64,000 nucleotides of DNA from Octopus bimaculoides (GCF_001194135.2 NC_068984.1:11525022-11589021); one strand, 5' to 3'; counted from the first letter of the stretch, positions 13,340-25,660 are shown. Program-made: numbers and translations. Notes: generated from the sequence alone by a model not told the origin.

Positions 13340-14135
13340 ACAAATGGTATTAAAGAAAAGTGAGAGTACAGGAATAACTCTTGACATGGAGAAGTGTGAC
13401 TTTCAAAAAGAGAAGGTAAATTCCTGGATCACATAATTTTGGATAGGGAACCCAAATAAACCTGCAACATTAAAGAAATTCAGTCGTCCACTAATGTCAT
13501 GCAGCTTTCCAAGAATAGTAAAGCGGGTAGGAAAGTTCATTCTTCAGCAGAAAAAAAAAAAAATCTTGCTACCTAAGAAGAATCACCAGGCTAAGTCTTT
13601 AATAGTCTGATAGAGGAGCTGTGGGACACACCCGTGTCAGCTCTGTATAGTCCTGTATGATGCTAAACTGTTGGCAGAAGCATCTAGTTTCTGAATGGGA
13701 ACCAATCTACCTGAGAAATGGAACAAAGAATGGAGGTCTATTATCTAGGCTTTTATGATATCTCTCACCACTTGAGCAAAAGTATGACCTCAATACAATG
13801 CTTGTGAAGGAGCATTAAAACTATAATGAGCATGCTTTCCTAACACTACACGACAGGCTTTTCTTAAAGAACATGAAGCTGGCCAATCCCTCAGCCTTAA
13901 GGAATGATGTCCTCAAACTTCCTGAAGGTTACTGGAGAGTGTGAGGAAGAATGTGTAGTGGGTAGGCCTGAAGCAACAGCTAAACAAGTTGGTGCTAAAC
14001 TGTAGACCTTTTATAAAAGAATGTACAAACCATGGGAGCTGCTCATCAAGACAGATTTTGGCAGAAATTAGGGGTGGACAATTACTTGGGATACAAGGTG
14101 TGATATCAGGCCAAAACAGACTTTTAGAATGAGAA
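13340..14135 (+). mobile_element. Gypsy-like LTR retrotransposon pol remnant
   Basis: Degraded RT motif KCDFQKEKVKF-LGHI, followed by RNase H-like and integrase zinc-finger-like (V-WxGLKQQLNKLVLNC) fragments with stops and deletions. Confidence 0.6.
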
Positions 14136-14231
14136 CTGACAGACAACTAAATACACTAGACCAGGGGTTCCAAACTGGGGTAACTGCTCTCCCAGAGTGT
14201 GCGAGATGGCATTTCAGCGAGGGAAGGTATA

Positions 14232-14690
14232 TCATCATCATTTAATGTCCGCTTTCCATGCTAGCATGGGTTGGACGATTTGACTGAGGACTGGTGAACC
14301 AGAAGGCTGCACCAGGCTCCAATTTGATCTGGTAGAGTTTCTACAGCTGGATGCCCTTCTTAACGCCAACCACTTTGAGAGTGTAGTGGGTGCTTTTATG
14401 TGCCACCGGCACGAAGGCCAGTCAGGAGGTACTGGCAACGGCCACGCTCGAAATGGTGTATTTTACGTGCCACCTGTACAAGGGCCAGTCCAGCAGAACT
14501 GGCAACGAACTCACTCGAATGTCTTTTCACATGCCACTAGCACAAGGTGCCAGGAAGGCGACGTTGGTAACGGTCATGATCAAATGGTGCTATTTACGTG
14601 CCACCGGCACAAAAGCCAGAAAGCTGGTGCTCTGGTAACGATCACGCTCGGACGGTGCTCTTAGTGATTTACTGGTGCTGGTGCCATCAC
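14232..14690 (-). mobile_element. (GAT)n-tail retroelement copy with expanded internal tandem module
   Basis: Same family as 829-1130, followed by about 4 diverged 62-70 bp units TTTTACGTGCCACC...CTGGCAACG. Confidence 0.85.
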
Positions 14691-16566
14691 GATTTCGCTT
14701 TCGCTTGTTAAAATCAGGGAATAAAATTAACTCTTAAAAATAGAATATCTTGATCACTGTTTACTGAAAATGTCTTATATTGGTCGATTTGAGAGATGAA
14801 ATTTGTTTCTGACCATACTGTTTCCAAGAAAACATTTATGGTTAAGTCCTTTTCGATGCCTACGTGGACCAAACTAAATTCGACGAGGCATTAATTTATA
14901 AACCTAAAGTAAACCAAGAAATAACGCCATATTTTTATTCGTCCGAAAAGAAAAGATGTGATGTAATGTTTATTTGCGTGCTCGTAAATATATAGATCTA
15001 TATCATCCCGTACACTGTGTAATGTGGTTGGCGTTAGGAAGAGCATCCAGCAGTAGAAACCATATCAAAGTAGACGTTGGAACACGACGCAATCTTCATT
15101 CATTGGATCCTGTCGAACCACTCCAGCCATGCCAGTAAGAAAGACAGACTTAAATGATAATGATGACGACGACGACGACAACCGTGATCATCATAACGAT
15201 GATGATGCTGATGATGAAGACGCATTATGGGATGGAAGCCATCTTGAGCAATGTTTTGCTCAAGGATGGAATAGATAAAAGATTCAAAAGAAATGACACG
15301 GAGAAGTTATTACCCACGTGTTTCGATTAGATACGCAAAAACACAACAACCACCACCTCCACCATCAGCAGTGTTGCAATAAATAGCTGCTGCCACTCGA
15401 TAATAACAGTTTTTGGGGGTGTCAGTAAAGCAATGGAATGACAGGTTAGGCAGAGACAAAATTAGAGACGAATACTGACGGAAGAAAGTAGCAGGTGTGT
15501 CTTATTAAGTAAAATAAAAATATTCTATGCGGTTTTTAAATAACAAACTGAATGGCAGTAACATTCGGAATATATAATTTATATTATCGATAACCTAATT
15601 AAGGACAAATTGTGGAACTATTTTAATTATGGAAACAGCAGTGGTTACTCATTTACAAAGAAATTATCGTTAGCATTGTGAATTTTTAGACATCAAAGAA
15701 ATTTTGTAATAAACAGGTATTAAGAGTTGGTGCTAATTATAGGGAGAAAAGTCTTTTGTTCAAGAGACTAATAAATATAAACGATAAAACCACCAATTGT
15801 ATTTTTGGCTCCAGTTAAATATTGGTGGGTCTTGTATTAAAAAGGCGACAGTAGTAGGTCACAAATAGAAAAGAAAATAAATCAGTATATTTCAAACAAA
15901 TTGCTCTAAGGCAGAAAAATATCTAGAGCGTATAATATTGTTACACATTTCATAAAAGCTTGCCCTAAATAAGAAAATTGCGTCAACAAAGCGGTTAGAG
16001 AGATCGTATTTAGAAGCATTCGCAGATCTTATATCAGGAATCAGGAAGAGTTGGTTAATTCTTCGTCAACATGTGTTCTAAATGTCCAGTTACGATTATT
16101 ATATTAAGCGATGACTACGTAAAATAAGTGTAGGTGTTCTGTTCTGGGTCCATAGAGATGTTTATTGGTGGGGTAAATTGTCAAAGCAAAACAACTACAG
16201 GTGGTTGTTACATGTGAGAGAGAGAGAGAACGATAGTTTTACAGACATAATGACAGAATTATGGATACGTAAATGATGCGAATAATTCGATACAGTTTCG
16301 TTGCTGATTGCATAAATTTACATGAATCACAGATTAGGAAAAATATCTGCAAATGTAAAAAAAAAATTAATTATTGTCTGAGCTTTGAAATTGTTTGGAC
16401 TCCTAAACATAAACATGGGTATGTAGCAGAAAAACTACATGTTAACAGCTTAACACTGTAGTTCAACTGATGGGAGGAACATTTATGTCAAAAACTAAAT
16501 GAATTGTGTAATTAAAATGACGGAGGAAATAATAAAGACCATAAATATATTGGTTAATATATTTAC

Positions 16567-16592
16567 CGTTGTGTTTCATCGTTTTCCTCCAT
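16567..16592 (-). CDS. HDAC11: HDAC11 coding exon 1 (MEENDETQ-R)
   Basis: ACCACC-ATG-G start context. 26 nt ending CG|GTAAAT (phase 2) joins in frame to exon 2. Lies at the edge of a CpG-rich region. Assigned by phase and position, not homology. Confidence 0.75.
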
Positions 16593-16894
16593 GGTGGTAT
16601 GAGACAAACGCTGGGTCTAAGCCAGGCCTTGTTATCTCCCCTGCAGGGTAGCAAGATTTATTTTTTTTCTTATTCAACATATTTGTAATAATTTGCATTA
16701 ATATAAGCATAACAATTATTAGCTTTTTTGATTATTTATATTTTTAATTAAATATTTAATTGCGCTCTTGCTATTATCGTTTAAAACAACTATCTTGTTT
16801 AGAGCAGACTATTTAACCGCTGAACTAATCATTCTCTGAAACTGGTTGAATACCTACCAAATTAAACAACAAATCAAGCAAAATAGGTTTTACT

Positions 16895-17901
16895 CATTAT
16901 CGGTAACTTCATTTATTTTCTTAATTGCAAGAATAAAACCAATAATTTACCCAGTCCCTGAAAAATTCATCTCATTTCGAAGGAGATGGTACTATCTTAG
17001 AAGAATTCATGAAGAGAATAGTATCAGAGCAAAGATAAGTAGTGAAAAAATAAGCAAAAAGGTGGTAAGATTGCTTCCAGCCATGACATCCTCTGAATAG
17101 TTAAGATGCATGGTCTAATGATTAGGGAACCAAGTTCACAATCATAAGATTGTGGCTTCAATTCTTGGGCAGAGCAGTATGTTGTGTCCTTGGACAAGGC
17201 ACTTCAATTCATATTACTCAAAGCTACTCAGCTCTTGACTCAAAATAGGGGAGGTTATGAGGATGTCTCTGTCAGTTCATGATGACAAGAGGCCTAAAAT
17301 AACTAAAAAAAAGTTATCTTTGCTTCCAAGTGACAGCCATAGTAGTTGTAGTACAGGTATGCAATCCAAAATTCTAAAAAAAAACCCAAAACTGAAAGTT
17401 TTTTCATAAAGATTGTCTACAAACCAAACTTTGATGTGCAGAGAATGTTTGGTGTGAAACATGACCAGATGCAACCCACACAACATGTTTGGAACCAAAT
17501 ATCATTCAATGCCACCACACATTTGGTGCTAAACATATCTAAATGTAACCTATTCTTAACCTGTGCCAGTTGTGCCTCAGTGCTCCTCCCCAGTCAGATG
17601 TGCCTCTGCTGCTTGCTGATATTACAGAAGATTATGGTGTGGATATTACCACAGGATATGACATAATAAAACATTGAGATAAGCTGTTGATGTTTTACTA
17701 TGATAGGGATGACTGGCTGGAAGCGATCCTACCACATTTTGCTTATTTTTTCACTGCTTATCTTTGCTCTGATACTATTCTCTTCATGAATTCTTCTAAG
17801 ATGATATCATTTCTTTCGAAATGAGATGAACTTTTCAGGGACTGGGTAAATTATTGGTTTTATTCTTGTAATTAAGAAAATAAATAGTGTTATCGATAAT
17901 G
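16895..17901. mobile_element. Long-TIR (about 190 bp) foldback/MULE-like non-autonomous element
   Basis: 16895-~17091 is the reverse complement of ~17706-17901. Flanked by GGTTTTACT / GGGTTGACT (7/9 identical direct repeat). Confidence 0.7.
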
Positions 17902-18042
17902 GGGTTGACTTGAACTATTCATGGGAACCGCAATTTATAGTCAACGATATATACTGTATTGTGATTTTCAAAATCTGAAAAATTCCATATTTCAAAACAT
18001 GCCTGGAATCAAGGGTTTCAGATAAGAGATTGTGTACTTGTT

Positions 18043-18132
18043 GTTGTTGCTGTGGTGGTGGTGGTGGAGGCGGCGGCAGCGGTGGCAGCAGCAACAGCAG
18101 CAGTAGTAGTAGTAGTAGTGGTAGCGGTGGTG

Positions 18133-18172
<40 letters not shown>
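18043..18172. repeat. Compound (GGT)n/(AGC)n/(AGT)n microsatellite
   Basis: Direct inspection. Confidence 0.9.
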
Positions 18173-18790
18173 CCATAACTATATTATTTCATGTATCCTT
18201 CCTTGTTTAAGATGGTGGGGTGTAATTTCTCAGGTATCCCTAACAGGCTGAGTGACTATGTGGGAACTCTCTCAGTGGATCATTGCTGCATCTGGAAAAA
18301 TTGGTGGCATTTGCAATAAGGAGTACTTGTGATTGACTTTGGTAAACAGAAACTGAAAAAAGCCCATTATATATATATACCAGTGGGACCCATGGACATT
18401 CCACAGAACAAAAAAGATGAAGAGAAGCTATTTAAGAAAGGATGATTTGCATTTTTATTTTTATTTTGTTAAGTATTTTACTTCCAGTCATAATAACATA
18501 TTTTAAAATTTCCCTCTACTAAGCACTATATTTCTCTCTTTCTCTTCGCCTCTCACTTCCAATGAGGCCCAACACTCAAAAGGAGGTTTTCACATGCCAC
18601 TTTGCCTCCATGTGGCCTAATGCTTGAAAGGTGCTTTTTATGAGCCACCAGCATGGCTGCCAGTTATGTGCCATCAGTATCAGCGACAACTATGATTTCA
18701 CTTGGCTTGATGGGTCTTCTTAATGCATAGCATATCACCAAACGTCCTGGTCACTAGTCATTGCCTCTGAGGCCCCCCCCCGTCTCATGT

Positions 18791-19690
18791 CTACTTCCTG
18801 GGTCTACTTCTACCACAAGTTCCCTCCACAATTAGAGATGAGCACTTCTTTACACAGCTGTCGTCATCCATACACAACATGTGACCACACCAGCACAGTC
18901 GTCTCTCTTGCACACCACTTCTGATACCTCTTATGCCCAACTTTTCTCTCAAGATACTTACAATCTGTTGAACATGCATACTGACATTGCACAACCAGTG
19001 AAGCATACTGGTTTCATTTCTTTCAAGCCAATGCACGCCCTCAGCTGTCACAGCCCATGTTTCACTGCCATGTAGCATAGCTGCTTACACACAGGCATCA
19101 TACAATCTGCCTTTCACTCAGACAGAGAAGCCCTTTGTTGCAAGAAGAGGTAGGAGTTCTTTGAACTTTGCCCAGCCTATTCTTATTCTTACAGCTACGC
19201 TCTCAGAGCATCCATCTCTTCTACTAACTTGGTCACCTAGATAACGGAAGTTATCTACTACTTCTAGCTTATTCTCCTGGAAGTTGATGGAGTTTATTTT
19301 CTGTGCAATTTCAGTGTTTATTGTACTCATGCATCTTCCACACACAAAAGCAATTTTCTGTTAACCTTCTTGATATTGCTGCATCTCTTATATGTCCATA
19401 GCTTACACTGGGTACATCTTATGGAATTTCTACCTACTCCTTTTCTACAGATTGAGTAGGGCCATCTACCTGAAATTGGTAATTGGTCTGCCTTCCTACT
19501 TACTAAGACTTTGGTCTTTGCTAGGTTAACTCCAAGGTCCTTCGATTCTAGACCTTGCTTCCATACCTGAAACTTCTCTAGTGATTCAGCTATAAGAACG
19601 AGGTCGTCAGCATAGAGGAGCTCCTAGGGATAGCCTGTCTTAAATTCCTCTGTTATTGCTTGGAGGACTATGATGAACAAAAGGGGGCTG
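18791..19690 (-). mobile_element. RTE-clade LINE, 3' half of reverse transcriptase (decayed)
   Basis: ELLYADDLVLIAES, LEVVDNFRYLGD, MLHGSETWAV and RRLxWxGH motifs with stops and frameshifts. Confidence 0.9.
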
Positions 19691-20585
19691 TAGAAAATTT
19701 ACCTCAACAAATTGTACCTGACCCATGCAAATATGAAAAAAATGGATATTAAGACACTGATGATGATCACATCACAAATGGAGAAATCATGGAAAATTCT
19801 GGGTTGCGTTAGCTACGGAATATCCCTAACAGTAAGACAGGGGAAGATGTTTGGTTATGTATTATACATGTCTGTGAAAAGACAAGTGAGAGCCTCTTGT
19901 AATTAGAAACCAAGCAGTTGTGGGGGTGCACAGGAGGTAAGGCAGCTCAGTCAAGACCTAGTTAAAGATTGTGAAGGAAGATCTAGCAGATAAGGGCCTG
20001 AGAGCAGGCTCATGAGTGAGTGGAGATCTCAGCCTGATGCTCCAGGGTATATAAGAGCTACTGAGTGTCGGTTATGACAAAGGTTCCAGTTGATCCGATC
20101 AACAGAACAACCTGCTCATGAAATAAATATGTTGAGCACTCAACAAACACACGTACCCTTAATGTAGTTCTCAAGAAGATTCAGCACAAGGCTGGTCCTT
20201 TGAAATATAGATACAACTCATTTTTGCCAGCTGAATGGACTGAAGCAACATGAAACAAAGTGTCTTATTCAAGGACACACTGCTCCACTGGTTATTGAAC
20301 TCATGACCTTACAATCATGAGCCGAATCCCCTAACCACTAAGCCACACACACCACATATTAGAGCTTCTGTAAAGAGAAAGCAAAATGGGTTCTTGTTTT
20401 AATGCAATTTTGATAATGTTAAGAATATATGTTTGTGGATGGTGAGGAGAAATCTGTTAATTTAGGAATGGAAAGTGGGTTGTGATGCAATTTCAAAACA
20501 TTCTGTTGGAACAATTCTTTATTAATAGAAATAATACATTTCTAAATCTCTCAGAGAGATTTATGCAGTAGTGATACGATAAAGT

Positions 20586-20976
20586 AATTGTATGCAGTCA
20601 ACTTAATGTGACAGTCCCATGAAGGGAATAATACTACTGCTATTTAGCCCTAGGAAGCAGCACCACTTCCTGTCGACCTTGACACATTTCCTGTGTCCTT
20701 ATGTTTACAAGGGGGAGACAAACACCTCCACCCAGCTAAGCCTGCATCCAGAGACATGTTTCTGAGTCTTTGCTCGTCATCAGTCTGGAGTAGCATGGCC
20801 TGCTAGTTGGAGATGCATGTCAAGCTCTTGTAAACATATAATAATTCTAGTAAAATACATAAGGACACAGGAAATGTTTCAAGGCCGACAGGAAGTGGTG
20901 CTGCTTCCTAGGGCTAAATAGCAGTAGTATTATTCCATTTATGGGACTGTCACATTAAGTTGGCAGCATACAAATT
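20586..20976. mobile_element. About 120 bp inverted-repeat element with a central hammerhead-like motif (Penelope-like derivative)
   Basis: 20586-~20711 is the reverse complement of ~20827-20976 (the right arm has an insertion). The spacer carries CTGATGA...GAAACATGTC on the minus strand. Confidence 0.75.
20747..20789 (-). ncRNA. Minimal type I hammerhead ribozyme motif (possibly decayed)
   Basis: TCCAGA-CTGATGA-CGAGCAAAGACTCA-GAAA-CATGT-C-TCTGGA. 6 bp stem I, intact core, GAG/CTC stem II, palindromic ACATGT stem III, GUC cleavage triplet. Confidence 0.65.
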
Positions 20977-23142
20977 CTTTATTAGTTTAGCTTTAATAAA
21001 GTGTGTATTTGGGGAAGAGAGAAATAAATTTTAAAAAAAACAACACAAGTAAAATTTAATTCTTTTTAATGAAGTGACATTTTTACAATCATCAAAAATA
21101 TTCAACCATATTATATTGGTTGTAAAAGTTAATATCACATTAATTTCAACAATGAAATTCAAGTTCTGTTTTGTTAACAGTGTGTGAGTGAGTGAGTGAG
21201 TGAATGTGTGTGTGTAAGAGAGAGAGAGACAGAGACAGAGAGAGTAGAGGAAGAATGACAATAAGAAAGAGAAGGGAAGAAAAAAAAAACAAAGTGGAAG
21301 AGAGAAAGGAAACAGAGTGAGTGAGTGAGGGAGAGGAAAAAAAAGGGAAAATCAGTTTGGTGAGAAGAAAAATTTGGAAATTTTCTACAAAATTAATTTT
21401 CAACTGCATAAAAATAAATAAATAAATATATGATAAAGTGGACAAAATAGATATGCAAGCTTTTAAAGAATATTTAAAGAAGTGTAAGGAAATGCTAGTC
21501 ATTTTTGGCAGCAGAATGATTAGTTTTGGGAGTAAGAAGAATGAAAATCTATTGATACAGATGTGAGTTTGATTTAGTTTTTGTGTGCAGTTTTTAATAC
21601 AACATAAAATGTAGTTTTGACATGTCTACACAATATATTAGTAAGCTAATATCAAAGATGGTTGCTTGAGACAGCTGACAACTGTTGCTTGTAATGTCTT
21701 CTTCACTTCTGACTTTCAACTCTGGTTTTTTTTTTTTTTTGCCTTACAAGACCTATCTTTGATTAAAGCTTGGTGCCTGGAGTTGTGGAATTCATAGGTG
21801 TTATTGCCAGGAATGTGGTTCCAAAGACATGGCAGTCCCAATGTTAAGAATATCAAAGTAGTTGTTATGATGTGAGAAACAGCGTTTGACAGCTGTCCTT
21901 TGAATCTTGTGTAACATAAACAAATCTTCCCTGCCATATTTAACATTATATCAGTTATACAATGTGCCAAGGTAGAGAAACTCAGGTTTTCCTGTCATTT
22001 ACTGTGTTTGTGTAGACACACATACACACACAAAAAAAAATTTGATTTACATAAAGATTTATATGAGAAACTTAAAAAAGAGGCAATGGACACAGCATTA
22101 ACATAATGGAAATAAGTAAAGTTACGAATATACGTAATATTGGTACATATTGATGATAAAGATAAAAATAATAGATTGACTGAGATATTGAAACAAAATG
22201 AAATGTTAGAAACAATCTGGAAGTCTATCTATATTCATCCATATCCAAACTAATAGTGCTGCATGAGTGATCTAGTTCACATGTAAATATATAAGTTACA
22301 ACATTGTAAGATAATCAATATTTTTTATTAATCTCACTGACAAACAGAACTCATTGCTTTACTCTTTGCAATCAGAGAATACCAGTCAATGAATGATTGT
22401 CTCCATTGTTTCAGATTGGTCAGAAATGTATTTTAAATGTTACCTTTTCTTCCATAACAGCAAAAGAAAAACAGCTAGAATTGGGTATCAAGACCTGGAC
22501 ACAGATTCAGCTTACCAGAAGCTTTCTTTCTACCCTTTACTGATTGCCTCCAAATAAGTAATCAACTTAACCTTAGATCTTTGTTTTCGTTTTTATTGTT
22601 GACAATATTTAGATAGAAAGCATGCATTTTAAAGATATAGCAAAAATCTAACAACTTGTCTTCTTCAAATCATTAGACCATGATAAATTGTCATTTACAG
22701 ACAAGCTGATAATCACTCGAGTCATTAAAACATATTTTGTGGCACATTAAATTCGCTTCCATAATCAGATTTTAATTTTTTTCTTACTAAGCACAAGGCC
22801 AGTTTTAGCAGAAGTGGGACACCTTTAAATCAACCCCAGTATACAAGCAGTATTATCTTTTTTTGATGTATTAAAGACAAAGTTGACTGCATAAAATCAA
22901 ACCCTGAACAGTTGACATAATGAATCAATTCCAGTGAAGTCTTCTGCTCAAGATTTGACTGAATTAGTCATCTTCATAACCATCTTATTATCAAATAATT
23001 GATAAGAGAACACTGAAATATGAATACCTTTTTTTCTTCAGTCATAAAATGTTTTGACATTTTACAAGAGGAGTTTGAAGAACAATTTCTGTTTTATAAC
23101 AGCAGATTATAAAAAATATAAAGGACAAACATAAACTCTTGT

Positions 23143-23262
23143 TTTATTGGAAGTTTTAAATTGAAGCCAAGTATATTTGGAGAAGGTTTTGTCCCAACAA
23201 GTTTATCTGCTTTTTACTTGTTTGATCACAATTTCCTTGGTCACTCATCAAAAGAGTTTATT
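23143..23262 (-). terminator. Candidate LIN37 polyadenylation signals
   Basis: AATAAA on the minus strand at 23257-23262 and 23143-23148, about 180 and 300 nt after the stop codon. AT-rich background makes chance matches common. Confidence 0.35.
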
Positions 23263-23443
23263 TGATGAGTTTTACCCACTTTAGACAATAAATTTCAAAT
23301 GATGCCTCTGTAATATTCATTTAAATTATGCAATGAAATTCATTGATTCTGTTTCTGATAAAGAAAAGAAAAAAAATATAAAATTAAATTTTTTTTTTTT
23401 TTACAGATATCATTCTAAATAAGAATTATTTTCCAATTTGATA

Positions 23444-23540
23444 TCATGACTCCTTACATAGATGTCTATCAAACATCTCTTTCAACAAATTCAAACTACG
23501 GGCATATTGCATTTCGTTTCGGCGGGATGATTCTTTCCAT
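23444..23540 (-). CDS. LIN37: LIN37 terminal coding exon
   Basis: 97 nt, WKESSRRNEMQYARSLNLLKEMFDRHLCKES-TGA, matching the LIN37 C-terminus WKEASxRNxxRYxxSxxILxEMY. ttctacacag acceptor. Confidence 0.93.
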
Positions 23541-24997
23541 CTGTGTAGAAATTGAAGCAGAACAATTACTTGATGACCACAAAATAATAAAAAAGTAATA
23601 ATAAAAGCAATTAGCAGAAGTTCATTAAATAATCATAAATAATCTATTAAAAAAAAAAGAGATATACAATATTAACACAGAGGTGGATCTCAGTTGTATG
23701 ATGAGGAGGATTCAGCTGTTTCATCATCATCATTTAATGTCTGTTGTCCATGCTGGCATTAGTTGGACAGTGTGACCAGAGCTGGCAAGTCATGGGGCAG
23801 CACCAGGCTCCAATTGTCTATTTTGGCTGGGTTTCTATGCCATGCTGGCATAGGTTGGAAAGTTTGACTGTGGACTGGCAAGCCAGCAAGCTGTGCCAAT
23901 CTGATCTGGCATGGTTTCTACAGCTGGATGCCCTTCCTAATGCCAACCACTCTGAGAGTGTAGTGGGTGCTTTTTACGTGCCACCAGCACAGGAGCCAGT
24001 CCGGGAAGGGGGGGACTGGCATCGACCACATTTGGATGGTACTTTTTATGTGTCACCAGCACGGGTGCCAATCAGGCAGCACTGGCATCAGCCACAACTA
24101 CAATTCCCATTTTGATTTGGATTTTTGATTTTACTTGACTCAGTAGGTCTTCTCAGGTGCAACTTATTGCCTGATGATTCAAGGGTACTTTTAAATGGGC
24201 TGGTTATGCGACACTGGTATAGGCTACGCCTGTGTTCTCACTTTGCAATAACAGCCTAGCTTTCACCTCTTTCCAAATGCTGTATTCTTTTCATTTCTGA
24301 CTGCAATGTTAGAGTTACATGCTTTCTTTAACAATTTCCATAAACTGGTCACTCTTATTAACATTGTAACCCTAATGGTTGGGCAATATGTAAATAGATA
24401 AAAATGGCATGCTGGCAGAATTGTTAGCATACCAGGCAAAATGCTTTGTGGCATTCTGCCCATCTTTACATTCTGAGTTCAAATTCCACAGCTGTCAGCT
24501 TTGCCTTTTATCCATTGGGGATCTATAAAATAAGTACAAGTTGAGTGCTAGGGTCAATGTAATCGACTTACTCCCTCCTCCCAAATTGCTGGCCTTGTGC
24601 CAAAATTTGAAAACAATATATAAATAGATAAAGGCACATACAAAACACATAGGCGCTGGACATTGCTCTTTTCAGCTTCAATGTAAATAATGTTGGAGTA
24701 ACACCAGAAATCAATGACTGCTTGAATGGTTGTTCAGCTAAAGGCACCCAAAGGCCAGGCAGGGGTTTTAAATTGGGCAATAGATTAGATTTCGCCACTC
24801 AAGAACAGAAACAATGGGTTTCTACAGTTTCTGACTTTACCTACAAGGCTTTGGTCAACCTGAGGCTATAATAGAAAACACTTTCTCAAGATGCTGTGCA
24901 GAGGAACTGAACCCAAAACCAATGTAAACTTAAAGCGAACCAGCCTCATATAGAACTGAACACCATACCATTTCAATATTCATAAGCCTGAACTTAC

Positions 24998-25071
24998 TTG
25001 TGTCGAATACGCTTCCAACGAGTCATGTGACTTAATAAAAGATCGTCTTGAGATGGAGCTTTGTCAGGATC
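24998..25071 (-). CDS. LIN37: LIN37 coding exon 7
   Basis: 74 nt, DPDKAPSQDDLLLSHMTRWKRIRH-K, matching LIN37 'LxxxMxRWKRIRxxW'. tttgtag / AA|GTAAGT, phase 0 to 2. Confidence 0.93.
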
Positions 25072-25235
25072 CTACAAATAAAACAGTTTTAAATATAAAC
25101 CAATGGTTACACAGTTTAACATCTAAGGAACAACATTTACAATTTGGATCTTAGCTTTTTCAACTTGGGTCTTTTAATCTTTAGGATCATCTGTGCTCCG
25201 AATGGCTCCCGTGCCAGTGGCATGTCAAAAGCTCT

Positions 25236-25660
25236 ATCCGAACGCAATGGAGAGGGTCATAGCCCAACTAATTAGGGAGAGAGTCTGCTTAGATGAGATA
25301 GAGTTCGGTTTTGTGCCAGGTAGAAGCACCTCTGATGCTATATTCTTGGTACGGTAAGTGCAGGAGAAATACCTAGCCAAAGATAAACCCCTATACTTGA
25401 CTTTTGTAGACTTGGAGAAAGCCTTTGACAGGGTCTCCCCTTATCTGGTGGGTGATGCAGAAGCTGGGGATTGACAAGTGGTTAATAAGAGCTGTACAGG
25501 GATGTCATTAGTAAGGTAAGGGTTGGCAATGAGTATAGCGAAGAATTCCGGGTAGAAGTAGGGGCTCCCCAAGTATCAGCTCTCAGCCCCTTCTTATTCA
25601 TCATAGCGCCCTGAGAGAAAAGTTGGACATAAGAAGCATCAGATGTGGTATGCAAGAGAT
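25236..25660 (+). mobile_element. RTE-clade LINE RT fragment in a LIN37 intron
   Basis: FGFVPGRSTSDAIF...QEKYLAKDKPLYLTFVDLEKAFDRV motif. Confidence 0.88.

Noticed and set aside
16846-17100. Plus-strand ORF with good acceptor and GTG|GTAAGA donor, suggesting a divergent gene
   Set aside because: It is the left arm of the 16895-17901 inverted repeat, and no partner exons were found.
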